Shown piece after piece: positions 10,145 through 22,187 of a stretch of 64,000 bases of DNA. The position numbers and the translations under genes are program-made. The stretch is taken from contig OZ242374.1 of the NCBI GenBank assembly GCA_965209055.1, positions 1,728,001 to 1,792,000 on the forward strand, in the 5' to 3' direction. The stretch comes from Acidobacteriota bacterium. GTDB lineage: Bacteria; Acidobacteriota; UBA6911; RPQK01; JAJDTT01. The notes beneath the pieces were generated by a model. It had not been told where the DNA came from, made no database searches, and saw only the letters and a list, made by a program, of their open reading frames with translations. The stretch's first letter is position 1. The number at the start of each line of letters is the position of its first letter.

Positions 10145-11112
10145 ACGAATTCAGGAAGACCATCGGACTTTGGGTCATCGCCGCTTGCCTGCCGTTTCTG
10201 GCCGCCTCGTCGGTTCAGGTGAGTCAGGTCAAGAAGGTCAAAGTCGGCAAGGCGCCCAACTTCTCCGTCCTGGGCGAAGACGGGCGTTACCTCTTCGTGA
10301 CCAACTTCGCCTCGGACGAGGTCTCCATCGTGAACACCGTCACCAACCGGGAGGAAAGGACCTTCTACGCCGGCTTCAAACCGCTGGGAATCGCCATTTC
10401 TCCCAGCGGCGACCGGATCTACGTCACCAACTTCCAGTCGGGTCTTGTGAAGGTGGTGGACGGAAGGACCTACCGGATCACCGATGACATCAAGGTGGGC
10501 GGGATGCCCACGGACGTGGTGGTGTCTCCCCGGGGGCACACGATCTACGTGGCCAATTACGGCCGGGGCCGCATCGGACGGGTCGACTTCATCGATACGG
10601 CTTCCCACCGGGTCACCAAGTCGGTGGAAGTGGGCGTGCGCCCGCTGGTGGCCGCCATCTCTCCCCTGGGCGAGCAGTTGTACATTCCTTGTGCCGGCTC
10701 CAACGACCTCTATGTGATCGACGCCAACGAAGGCCGCGTGATCAAGGAGATCCCGGTCGGGATCGGTCCCGACGGCATCGTCCTGACACCCGACGGCGAA
10801 CGCCTGCTGGTGGCCAACAGCGGGACCAACGACCTTTCGGTGGTGGACCTGCTCGACATCGAGGAGACACGCCGGGTTCGGGTGGGCGAGCAACCCTTCT
10901 CCCTGACCGTGAACGACCAGGGCTACGTCTTCGTGGTGGAGAGCGGGAGCCGTACGATATCCATACTGAGTCCCGAGCTGAACAAGGTACGGACCGTCGA
11001 AGTCGGGAAGAAACCCATCGACATACAGGTTTCACCCGACGGCCGCTTCGTCTACGTGACGGACGAGAAAGAAAATCGGGTCATGGTGCTGCGAGTCTCC
11101 GGACTGGGTTGA
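10141..11112 (+). CDS. Secreted YVTN/YncE-type beta-propeller protein
   Basis: Signal peptide and repeated SPxG..(Y/F)V(T/A)N blades. Confidence 0.88.
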   Translation: MNEFRKTIGLWVIAACLPFLAASSVQVSQVKKVKVGKAPNFSVLGEDGRYLFVTNFASDEVSIVNTVTNREERTFYAGFKPLGIAISPSGDRIYVTNFQSGLVKVVDGRTYRITDDIKVGGMPTDVVVSPRGHTIYVANYGRGRIGRVDFIDTASHRVTKSVEVGVRPLVAAISPLGEQLYIPCAGSNDLYVIDANEGRVIKEIPVGIGPDGIVLTPDGERLLVANSGTNDLSVVDLLDIEETRRVRVGEQPFSLTVNDQGYVFVVESGSRTISILSPELNKVRTVEVGKKPIDIQVSPDGRFVYVTDEKENRVMVLRVSGLG

Positions 11113-11215
11113 GGCTCCGGCGCGGCTCGAGTGGCCCGCGCAGCCGGTGGAATCTGCACTTTCACCCGATTCGGAGACGATGACCCCGATTTGAGGGATC
11201 CGGGAGGAGGGTGTC

Positions 11216-12448
11216 ATGGGCAACGAGAGACCTGGCAGAGGCTCCGGTGAAGCCAGCCGGCGAAAATTCCTGAGTATCGGCGCGGCGGTCGGCGGCGCTC
11301 TTTTGGCGTGTTCGGACTCGGCGGACACACCCGCCGGGGGCGGGGTGAAACGCACCGGCAAGCCGCCGGATGAGTATGGCGAGCGCTCGCCGTTCGAAAA
11401 GTCCATCCGGAAGGGATCGCTTTCGAAATACCCTGAAGCCGGCTCCACGCGGACGCCGCTCCAGGACTCGCACGGGATCATCACGCCCTCCTCGCTGCAC
11501 TTCGAACGCCATCACGCGGGAGTTCCCCTGATCGATCCCGCCGAACACCTCCTGTTGATTCACGGCCTGGTGGAACGTCCGTTGATTCTCACCATGGACG
11601 AGTTGAAGACCTTCCCGTCGGTGTCGCGGATCCATTTCATCGAGTGTTCCGGCAACAGCCGCGGCGAATGGAAACCGAAGAAGGGCTCCACCGCACAGAT
11701 CAGCCACGGCATGGCGAGCTGCAGCGAGTGGACGGGAGTTCTGCTGTCGGTCCTGTTGGATGAGGTCGGCGTGAAGCCCGAAGCCATCTGGCTCATCGCG
11801 GAAGGAGCCGACGCCTGCAAGATGCACCGCAGCCTGCCGCTCGACAAGTGCCGCGACGACGTGATCCTCGCCTACGGGCAGAACGGAGAGGCGATCCGTC
11901 CGGAGCAGGGGTACCCGCTACGTCTGGTGGTGCCCGGTCACGAGGGGAACATCAACGTCAAATGGGTCCGGCGGCTGATGTTGGCGGACCAGCCTGCGAT
12001 GGGACGGGAAGAGACGTCGAAGTACACGGACGTTCTGGCCAACGGCAAGGCCCGGCAGTTCAGCCTTACGATGGAGGCCAAATCGGTGATCACGCGCCCC
12101 TCCGGAGGGCAGAAGTTGGCGGGACAGGGAATCGTCGAGATTACCGGGCTGGCCTGGTCGGGCCGGGGATTGATCGAGCGGGTGGAGGTTTCCACCGACA
12201 ACGGAGCGACGTGGACCGACGCAGCCTTGCAGGAACCGCGTCACCGGATCGCATTCACCCGCTTTCGTCTGCCCTGGACCTGGGACGGCACACCGGCGGT
12301 GATCCTTTCCCGGGCCACGGACGAGACGGGTTACGTCCAACCGACCGTGGAAGCTCTGATGGAGGTGCGAGGCCCGAACTCCGACTACCACAACAACGGG
12401 ATCAAGTCCTGGAAGATCGCCGCCGACGGGAGTGTGACCCATGTCTGA
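11216..12448 (+). CDS. soxC: Molybdopterin sulfite dehydrogenase, SoxC-like (Tat-exported)
   Basis: SRRKFL Tat motif, HFERHHAG, FIECSGN, EWTGV, QNGEAIRPEQGYPLRL, GLAWSGRG. Confidence 0.88.
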   Translation: MGNERPGRGSGEASRRKFLSIGAAVGGALLACSDSADTPAGGGVKRTGKPPDEYGERSPFEKSIRKGSLSKYPEAGSTRTPLQDSHGIITPSSLHFERHHAGVPLIDPAEHLLLIHGLVERPLILTMDELKTFPSVSRIHFIECSGNSRGEWKPKKGSTAQISHGMASCSEWTGVLLSVLLDEVGVKPEAIWLIAEGADACKMHRSLPLDKCRDDVILAYGQNGEAIRPEQGYPLRLVVPGHEGNINVKWVRRLMLADQPAMGREETSKYTDVLANGKARQFSLTMEAKSVITRPSGGQKLAGQGIVEITGLAWSGRGLIERVEVSTDNGATWTDAALQEPRHRIAFTRFRLPWTWDGTPAVILSRATDETGYVQPTVEALMEVRGPNSDYHNNGIKSWKIAADGSVTHV

Positions 12449-12998
12449 TCGCGGCAGAGGATTCTGGCCGGTGTTCGTCCTGGCCGGTCTGTTGGTGAGC
12501 GCCGGCGCCGCCCAGTCGCCGACGTACAAGGTCGGGCGCACACCGACGGCGGACGAGGTCAAGGCCCTGAGCATTACGATATTTCCGGACGGAACGGGAC
12601 TTCCTGACGGCAGCGGCACCGCCGCCGAGGGCAAGGAAGTCTATGCCCGCCGGTGCTCGGAATGCCACGGCACCACGGGCCAGGGCGGGGAGTCGTCGGC
12701 GCTGGTGGGCGGGCAAGGAAGCCTCGCGACCGCCAAGCCCTTGAAGACGGTCGGCAGCTATTGGCCCTACGCGACGACGCTGTGGGACTACGTGAACCGC
12801 ACCATGCCTTTCCACAATCCGGGCATCCTGACCGACGACCAAGTCTATGCCGTCGTGGCGTACGTTCTACACCTGAACGAAATCGTGGCCGAGAACGAAG
12901 AGATGAACCGGCGGACGCTCCCCGGCGTCCGGATGCCGAACCGGGACGGATTCGTAAACGACGACCGCCCCGACGTCGGCCCCGAATCTGAGAAGTAA
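12441..12998 (+). CDS. Monoheme cytochrome c, SoxD-like
   Basis: PDGTGLPDGSG, CSECHG, KTVGSYWPYATTLWDY, MPNRDGF; overlaps the soxC stop. Confidence 0.85.
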   Translation: MSDRGRGFWPVFVLAGLLVSAGAAQSPTYKVGRTPTADEVKALSITIFPDGTGLPDGSGTAAEGKEVYARRCSECHGTTGQGGESSALVGGQGSLATAKPLKTVGSYWPYATTLWDYVNRTMPFHNPGILTDDQVYAVVAYVLHLNEIVAENEEMNRRTLPGVRMPNRDGFVNDDRPDVGPESEK

Positions 12999-13013
12999 GC
13001 GATCTCCCCCCCC

Positions 13014-13128
13014 GGATAACAAGGGACAGTCTCGATTCCGTACGTACGATTCCGTAACAAGGCGGATAACAAGGATAACAAGGGACAGTCTCGATCTTGC
13101 GCAAGGGATAACAAAGGACAGTCTCGAT
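13014..13128 (+). repeat. Three direct repeats GGATAACAA(G/A)GGACAGTCTCGAT on the 3' side of the HUH nuclease gene
   Basis: Copies at 13014-13036, 13073-13095 and 13106-13128, plus partial (GGA)TAACAAGG units between them. Confidence 0.9.
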
Positions 13129-13332
13129 TCCGGACTGGAACCGGAACGAGTCATGACGCCATAAGAAGCCTGTCCGGAAGCGGAGCAGTGACTATTTGCA
13201 CATGGGTGGAACTCCGGAGGACCACCCACACGCTACGGGGAGAAATTCAGTCTGGTGGGCGGTTCCACCGATCTGGGTCGTTCGGGCCCGGGTCCCGCAG
13301 CGGCAGATGCGACGGTCGGAGCCCAGGTGAGT

Positions 13333-14268
13333 CTACGTGACAAACGCGTTTGAGCGTTGCTCTCGCAGGGAATACAGCACTCCGTCCAGTTGGGGGATGG
13401 GGTGTCGGCGACGTCGATATCGACCTTGCTGCCGATATGCCTCCAGCAGCTGCGCCACCTTCTCCGCCGGCCCGACGGCTATTCCGTCCGTCAGGAATCG
13501 CAAACGCCGACGAAAAGCTCCGGCGCGGGTAAAGCCACGGCGCTGCTCCTGCAGGACAACCCACCCGGGGATCGCCGCCTGGTTGTCCCGGGTGGGGACG
13601 GCGCCTCGATAGTACAAGCGAGCCCGGTAACTGCCGTAGACATCGGTTCCCGGAGCCGGCGGGAACAGTTCCTCCAAGGGGATCAGGTCCTGATCCTGGC
13701 CGGTGACTCTCCAGCGGGCCGAGCCCCACTTCCACTGCTCGGGCCGGTTGACCATTCCGGCCCGGACGGCATTGAGTTCCACGTATAGGACGGCGTCCTG
13801 CACGGCTTCAAGTCCCATTAGCTCCGGGTTCTTGAACCGGTCACCCCACAAGTGGCCCCGCCGTCGAAACGTGCGGTTGTACCACCGGGCATAGAACCCG
13901 CCCACGTTCGCCATCAGTTTGGACACGTCAAAGAGACGCTCATTGAACGTCTTCCAATCGGCGTCGGTCCAATCGGCGGTATTTTTCTCGGTCTTTCGTC
14001 CATAAAGCTTGTGGGCGCTCTCCTTCAACTCCTGTCGGGACAAGGGGCGGGGTTTTTCAAAATGGACGATGAAGTGGTAATGGTTGCCCATGATCTGGAA
14101 AGCGGCCAGACGGCACCGGTAGGCGTTGACGTAGAACAAAATCATGTCCAGGAGTTTCTGACGGGCTTGCGGGTCTTCGAAGGGGAACCAATCGGGCGAG
14201 CCGGCGACACGATTGGTGATGTGGTAGAAGGCGGCGTCCGTGCTCTTGTGTCGTGCGGTTCGGGCCAT
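13333..14268 (-). mobile_element. HUH/Y1 tyrosine transposase-like nuclease (RAYT/TnpA-REP-like, long form)
   Basis: FYHITNR, IMGNHYHFIV (HUH), WYNRTFRRRGHLWGDRFK, YVELNAVRAGMV.RPEQWKWGS. Confidence 0.9.
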
Positions 14269-14370
14269 GGCTACGGTCTTCGGTCAAGCGGACTTGAGGG
14301 GGAGACGTTTTGTGCCCCTGATGACAACAACGATTCAGAATTGGAAACGGCGAAGGAAACTGGGAAAAAA

Positions 14371-14415
14371 CAGACTGTCCCCTTCTGGAAGAAGCAGACT
14401 GTCCCCTTCTGGAAG
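14371..14415 (-). repeat. Tandem CAGACTGTCCCCTTCTGGAAG x2 on the 5' side of the HUH nuclease gene
   Basis: Copies at 14371 and 14395; they contain GGGGACAGTC on the minus strand, inverted relative to the 13014-13128 copies. Confidence 0.9.
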
Positions 14416-14488
14416 GAACAGGAGAACCTCGGCATCAGGACGATGCCCGCTCTTATCTCTCTTCTCCCGGGTCATCTCTTCTCCCGGG

Positions 14489-15472
14489 TCAATCCTCCTG
14501 CGCGACGGCGGCTGCCTCCAGATCGATTTCCTCCTGCTTGCGAATCGAGTAGTAGACGATCCCCGGCAGGGACGACAACATCATCACCACGAAACCGAGC
14601 AGGGACAGAGTTACGGACATCTCGGCCGGAACTCCCGCCTGGGAGAAGAGCAGATAGTAGGCGCTCTCGCGAAGACCGATCCCGTTGATGGTGAGAGGCA
14701 CCATGATGGTCAGGTTGATCAAAGGCACGAAGACCATGAAGAGTGAGAATGGAGCTTCGATCCCGATTCCCTGGGCCGTCACCCAGACCACCGCCACCGC
14801 CCCGGCCTGGATGGGAAGCGACACCACGGCGACAGAGGCCATCTTGCCCGAATTCCGCTTCAGGGCGTCCAGGCCCTGGTAGACGAGCTCCATTTTCCGG
14901 GTCAGGGAATGGAAGCCGAACCTCTGCACCATGCAGGTCATCCGGCCGTGGGTCCAAGAGTGGAACAGCATCACGTTGGCCACGGCATACACGGCGCACG
15001 CGGCAAGGAAAATATGGAGGGACGAAAGTCCGGCGATCTGTTGGGGGACGACGAGGGAGGCGGCGAGACCGATGAGCAACAGGCCGCAGAGGCCACCGTT
15101 GCGTTCCAGCATGCTGGTGGTGAGAGTCGTGGACATGCCTCGACCCGTACCCTTGGACAGATAGTAGGCGCGAAAGACATCTCCGCCGATGGCCGAGGGC
15201 AGGAACAGGTTGAAGAAGGCGCCGATGAAGACGAGCTTGGTGAGCGGATACCAACGCTGGCAGATGTTGAAATTCTCGAGAACGATTCTCCAACGGAACG
15301 CCGAAAGCAACAGTGTGAGGATCTGAATCGAAACCGCCAGCAGCAGGAATTCGGGACGGGCGCCGGCTACGACGTGGAGCAACCGGGTCAGGTCCAGGCG
15401 GCTCAGAACCAGACCCAGAAAGGAAAAGCTCAGGATCAGCTTCAGGATCAGCTTGACCCGAGCTTGCGGCAA
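14489..15472 (-). CDS. Lysylphosphatidylglycerol synthase TM-domain (YbhN/flippase-like) membrane protein
   Basis: Multiple TM segments; RW, FFNLFLPSAIGGDVFR, ER and PLTINGIGLRE motifs; start inferred (TTG). Confidence 0.85.
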   Translation of the reverse strand: MPQARVKLILKLILSFSFLGLVLSRLDLTRLLHVVAGARPEFLLLAVSIQILTLLLSAFRWRIVLENFNICQRWYPLTKLVFIGAFFNLFLPSAIGGDVFRAYYLSKGTGRGMSTTLTTSMLERNGGLCGLLLIGLAASLVVPQQIAGLSSLHIFLAACAVYAVANVMLFHSWTHGRMTCMVQRFGFHSLTRKMELVYQGLDALKRNSGKMASVAVVSLPIQAGAVAVVWVTAQGIGIEAPFSLFMVFVPLINLTIMVPLTINGIGLRESAYYLLFSQAGVPAEMSVTLSLLGFVVMMLSSLPGIVYYSIRKQEEIDLEAAAVAQED

Positions 15473-15480
15473 CCTTGAAG

Positions 15481-18174
<2,694 letters not shown>

Positions 18175-18236
18175 GTCTCCTCGTAGTCTATCACGCGGAT
18201 ATCAGCGGACCGGTTTTTCGCATCGTGGAAAACCGC

Positions 18237-20891
18237 TCACAGCGATTTCGCTCCGAAGCCCTCCAGGGTCCAGCCCACAACCCATCGGGAATGGTTGTCG
18301 TGCCCGGAAGCTGCGTTGTCGGCATCGACGGGGGCCACCGACTCGAGATTGGACTCCCGGAGAAATTCTTCCATCTGCGAACGATGCCCATACATGGCCA
18401 CCAGGAAGCGAATGGGATCGACCTGGGCCAGCAGTTCGGTCTCATAGGCGTCGATGCCGTCGGCGCCCCCCTTGATCAGTCCTAACGCCCGTTTCAGGCC
18501 AGGCACGAGATTGGTCAGACCGGCGCCGCCCCGGGGAACCAGGAGGCTGCCGTCCTGCGCATTGACGTGGGTCCAGGAGTGGGTCCCGCCGGCGCCGATG
18601 TAGGCCGAGGCGCCCATGCCTGCCACGATGGGAATCCCATAGAGGCGTCCCAGATCCAGATAGGGACAGATATCCTGGCCGGCCTGCCCCCTGAGGTCCT
18701 GCAGCGGGTCGAGCTGGACCTGGTCGACAAGCTTCTCGCGGCACCAGCGCTCCACGTCCAGACCCTGCGCCAGGTTGTGGAACAGACCCGCCGCCGGGAT
18801 GCGCACGGCCACGGGAACGGTCCGATCGAGGGCGGCGAGTCCGGCCTTCAGGTCGCGCAGCACCTGGGTGAAGAAGTCCGCCCGCCAGCGGACCCAATCG
18901 CGGTAGGGCCGTCCGGCGGAGACGTCGATCTTTCTGGGGTCCACCCCGGTCGCCTTTCGATAAGCCGCGACCATCTCAGGGTTGTAAAGGAGCATGGGGA
19001 CCTGGCGGTCGCATCCCACCAACAGGCCGTCCGCCCCCCGCTCGGCCACCTCCAGCAGGATATCGACCCGTTCCTTCCGGACCTGGGGGAAGTAGTAGCT
19101 CAATCCCCTGGAGTCGGAACCGTCCTTGGCGATCCTCCACCATTGCTGATGCCGCCGGTAAAACTCGCTGGCGAATATGCCTCCGTAGCGGTCGGCGCCA
19201 TAGTGGCGCTGCATGGCCAGCCAGGGCCAGACCTGCGCGCGGCAGTCTTCCCGGGTCCCGTTGACCTGGGTCAAGGCATCGTATTCGTTGATCATGTGGA
19301 TGCGCCGGCCGTAGTCGTGGGGGGAAAAATCCCGGTTTTGCTTCGCCTCCTCGTAGGAAGCACAGGGGAAACGGGTCGTCCGGGGAAGCCGGCTGTGGTA
19401 CTCGACCCATGACCGGCCCACCGACCAGCCGATGGCCCCGAATCCCAATTCGGACTGTCCGCAGGCGATGCTCCGAAACTGGTCCGGAAGGAGCCGGGCC
19501 CAGACCACGTCGAAGTAACAGGCCCAGTCGTTCACCGCCGACAGCGGCGTTGGCGGCGAAGACATCCGGTTCTTGAGCTTCCGGGCCGATTGGGGCGTGA
19601 CCGGAACCAGCCGCAGGAGGGTGGCCATGCCCCGCTGTTGGCCGGCCTTCTTCCAGTCGAGCCACCTCCCGGGATCGCCGGCAGAGTAGAAACGAATGAC
19701 TTCTCCGGTCAGATCCGCGGCGGTGACGAAGGTCTCCTCCCCCAACTGGGTCGGCGGAGCGTCCCGAATCAACCCTTCCCGGCCCACCTGAACGTGCAGA
19801 CCCGAACCTCCCGTCCCCAGGAAGACGGCATAGGTCCCCTCGACGGGTGGACGAAAGGTCGCGGGAGGGGAGGTGTAGTCCCCTCTCCCCACCAAGGCGA
19901 CGCCCTCATTGGGAAGTGGTTTCCATTCCCAGGATTCCGCGTCGAGGGGACTGTCCCCCCAACGGCCGTGGGCGCGCCGAAAGTTGCGGACCCGGATCTC
20001 GGGACGCCCGGGGTCGATCCGAAGACGCCAAGTGGCCAGGGGGGTGAGCGGGAGACTGTCCGGCGGCCCGGTTCTCCGCCGGTAGTCCAGGGCGGGGCCG
20101 TCCGGCCAGAGCCGCCCACCCACCTTGGGCAAAAACTGCACCCGGTAATTCCCGTCGGGCCAACCCTCGACCGGCACCGGAACCTTCCGAATTCCCTCTT
20201 GGCAAGTCAGCGTCAGCTCCCTGGTCCAGAGGGACTTGCCGGAGGCGTCAAAGATCCTCATCTCGCCCTCGACTCGCTCCGGTCCGGCGCCGGGACGAAC
20301 CTCTGCCAACAGGGAAAGACGATCCTGGTGGAGGAGGACGTCCGGGTGCATCCGAAGCGAGATCAGATTGGCGGAGGCCAGCTTGGGATCGAATACGACC
20401 CGCTCCGGTCCGCCGTCGACGAAACGCAGGGCCTTGACCGGGAGCCCGCCCTCGCCCATCCCCAGCCGTTCGGTCGTCACCTCCCGGCTGAGTTGCTGGC
20501 GGAAAACCCAGGTCTTCGTCCAATCGCGGACTGTCACCTGGAGTTCGATCCGGTAGCCGCGAAAATAGACGGCGCCCGCTTCAAATTCGTAACGGCCGGG
20601 AGCGGTCAGAGGTCCCAGGTCGAAGCTGATCCGGCGCCGGAACGATCGAGTCTCGGTGACGGTCCGGCCGAACGGCAGACGCCGGGTCACCCGTCCCTGG
20701 AACTCCAGGTCTCCAGGCTCGAGAACGGTGAAGCTCAAACGATGGTGGACTCCCGGAACCAGCTGCAACTCCCGGCCGGCCGGATCGAGGTCCACCCCAT
20801 CGAAGGAGAGCTTCACCCCGGCAGGGGTTTCGGCGGCCACGGGAAGTGGGATCAGAATGCACAGAATCGAAAGACGTCTCCAGGTCCTCAT
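18237..20891 (-). CDS. Large secreted hypothetical protein with a probable C-terminal TIM-barrel glycoside hydrolase-like (GHL10-like) domain
   Basis: Signal peptide from M at 20891; SEFYRRHQQW, LSYYFPQVRKER..ILLEV..GADG, WVRWRA..FTQ, GLDVERW resemble GHL10-type proteins. Confidence 0.55.
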   Translation of the reverse strand: MRTWRRLSILCILIPLPVAAETPAGVKLSFDGVDLDPAGRELQLVPGVHHRLSFTVLEPGDLEFQGRVTRRLPFGRTVTETRSFRRRISFDLGPLTAPGRYEFEAGAVYFRGYRIELQVTVRDWTKTWVFRQQLSREVTTERLGMGEGGLPVKALRFVDGGPERVVFDPKLASANLISLRMHPDVLLHQDRLSLLAEVRPGAGPERVEGEMRIFDASGKSLWTRELTLTCQEGIRKVPVPVEGWPDGNYRVQFLPKVGGRLWPDGPALDYRRRTGPPDSLPLTPLATWRLRIDPGRPEIRVRNFRRAHGRWGDSPLDAESWEWKPLPNEGVALVGRGDYTSPPATFRPPVEGTYAVFLGTGGSGLHVQVGREGLIRDAPPTQLGEETFVTAADLTGEVIRFYSAGDPGRWLDWKKAGQQRGMATLLRLVPVTPQSARKLKNRMSSPPTPLSAVNDWACYFDVVWARLLPDQFRSIACGQSELGFGAIGWSVGRSWVEYHSRLPRTTRFPCASYEEAKQNRDFSPHDYGRRIHMINEYDALTQVNGTREDCRAQVWPWLAMQRHYGADRYGGIFASEFYRRHQQWWRIAKDGSDSRGLSYYFPQVRKERVDILLEVAERGADGLLVGCDRQVPMLLYNPEMVAAYRKATGVDPRKIDVSAGRPYRDWVRWRADFFTQVLRDLKAGLAALDRTVPVAVRIPAAGLFHNLAQGLDVERWCREKLVDQVQLDPLQDLRGQAGQDICPYLDLGRLYGIPIVAGMGASAYIGAGGTHSWTHVNAQDGSLLVPRGGAGLTNLVPGLKRALGLIKGGADGIDAYETELLAQVDPIRFLVAMYGHRSQMEEFLRESNLESVAPVDADNAASGHDNHSRWVVGWTLEGFGAKSL

Positions 20892-21129
20892 CGGTGAGAC
20901 TCCTGTGAAGGTCCGGGCATCGGTCACGCCGTTTTTGTCGGTCCCGGGGATTTCCCCCCGCCGATCCTGACACCCGGCGACGGCTTTTTCCACAGCCCTT
21001 CCACAACCTTTCCTCGCTCGGATCGAGGCGGCGACACAGATATCATGGGAGGGACGGGAAACGTTTCTCGATGGCATGGGACCGTGGCGCACAGGGATGC
21101 CGGCGAGGACCGGACCGGCAAGAGATTCC

Positions 21130-22161
21130 ATGGAAATGAAACTGGCGGGGATTCTGCTGTCGGGACTCGGTCTTATTCTGTCGGCTTCGACTTCCTGCAG
21201 ACAGACTTCCCAACTGGTTCCTCCCGACGAGTACGGTTCCCTCTACCCCGTGACGCTGCGCCTGGAAAACGGCGCGCCCCTTCTCAAGATCGGCTTCAGT
21301 TCGCGGGGGGTCCAGAAACTGACGACCTTGGACGAGCCCGAACTGGACTGGATCTACCCGGGCGCCTACAGCGCCTGGGACTATACGGAGTGGCACTGGT
21401 GGAAGGGGCATCCGTTCGACTTTCGCGCACGCGGATTCGAAAACCCGGCCTACTGGGACTCTTTTCGTCCCCGTTTCCAGGGGAATCCGCGAGTGGATGC
21501 AGGGAGGACGGGCAAGGGATACCTGGGGATCGAATTCGAAAGCGACGGTCTCACGTTTCGACAGGACTATCTCCTGCCCGCCACGGCCGGCCGCGATCGA
21601 GTTCACTGGGACATGATCTTCACCGCCGCCAACTCGACCGGGCGATCGATTGAAGAGTACGGGCATTTTTTTGCCTGCTACACCTCGGTCAACGGCCGGC
21701 GTTCCCACTGGTTCTGGGACGCCGGAGGAGAGTTGGCGCTCTGGGCGGATCGAGGAGTCGGCCATCTGGACGGCTACGTGAGCAGTCCGGAAGCCTATTT
21801 TCAACGAGCAGGGGAAATTCCCCATTGCCCCCGGGGGGACGGCCGCCTGATCGGCACTTGGCATCATCCGGTGCTGGTTTCCCGATCCTCACCCGCGGGC
21901 TGGCGATCAGTGATCCTGCTGGACCCGGAGACCACGGCCGCCGTCACCTGCGGCATGGAGGGGACCGCCATGGACTTCATCTTCTACCCCGGCCACAAAA
22001 GGCGTGTCTTTCCGCCCGAAGACAGATTCCGGTCCCATCTCCGGCACCTCATGGTGAAGCATCCCGGGCTCCCGACGCGGGACCAACTGGAGGACTGGTG
22101 GTCGGAGTTCCAGCAGGCGAGGCCGGATCTCGCAAGGCGGCTGGACGATCTTGGAGAGTGA
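21130..22161 (+). CDS. Hypothetical protein, possible lipoprotein
   Basis: Hydrophobic signal ending ...STSC; aromatic-rich body; coding-like codon usage. Confidence 0.6.
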   Translation: MEMKLAGILLSGLGLILSASTSCRQTSQLVPPDEYGSLYPVTLRLENGAPLLKIGFSSRGVQKLTTLDEPELDWIYPGAYSAWDYTEWHWWKGHPFDFRARGFENPAYWDSFRPRFQGNPRVDAGRTGKGYLGIEFESDGLTFRQDYLLPATAGRDRVHWDMIFTAANSTGRSIEEYGHFFACYTSVNGRRSHWFWDAGGELALWADRGVGHLDGYVSSPEAYFQRAGEIPHCPRGDGRLIGTWHHPVLVSRSSPAGWRSVILLDPETTAAVTCGMEGTAMDFIFYPGHKRRVFPPEDRFRSHLRHLMVKHPGLPTRDQLEDWWSEFQQARPDLARRLDDLGE

Positions 22162-22187
22162 CGGGACCAGCGGCCGTTCCCGGCGCC

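Noticed and set aside
13333-14268. Canonical IS200/IS605 insertion sequence
   Set aside because: The protein is 311 aa with RAYT-type motifs, there is no tnpB, and I could not define IS ends.
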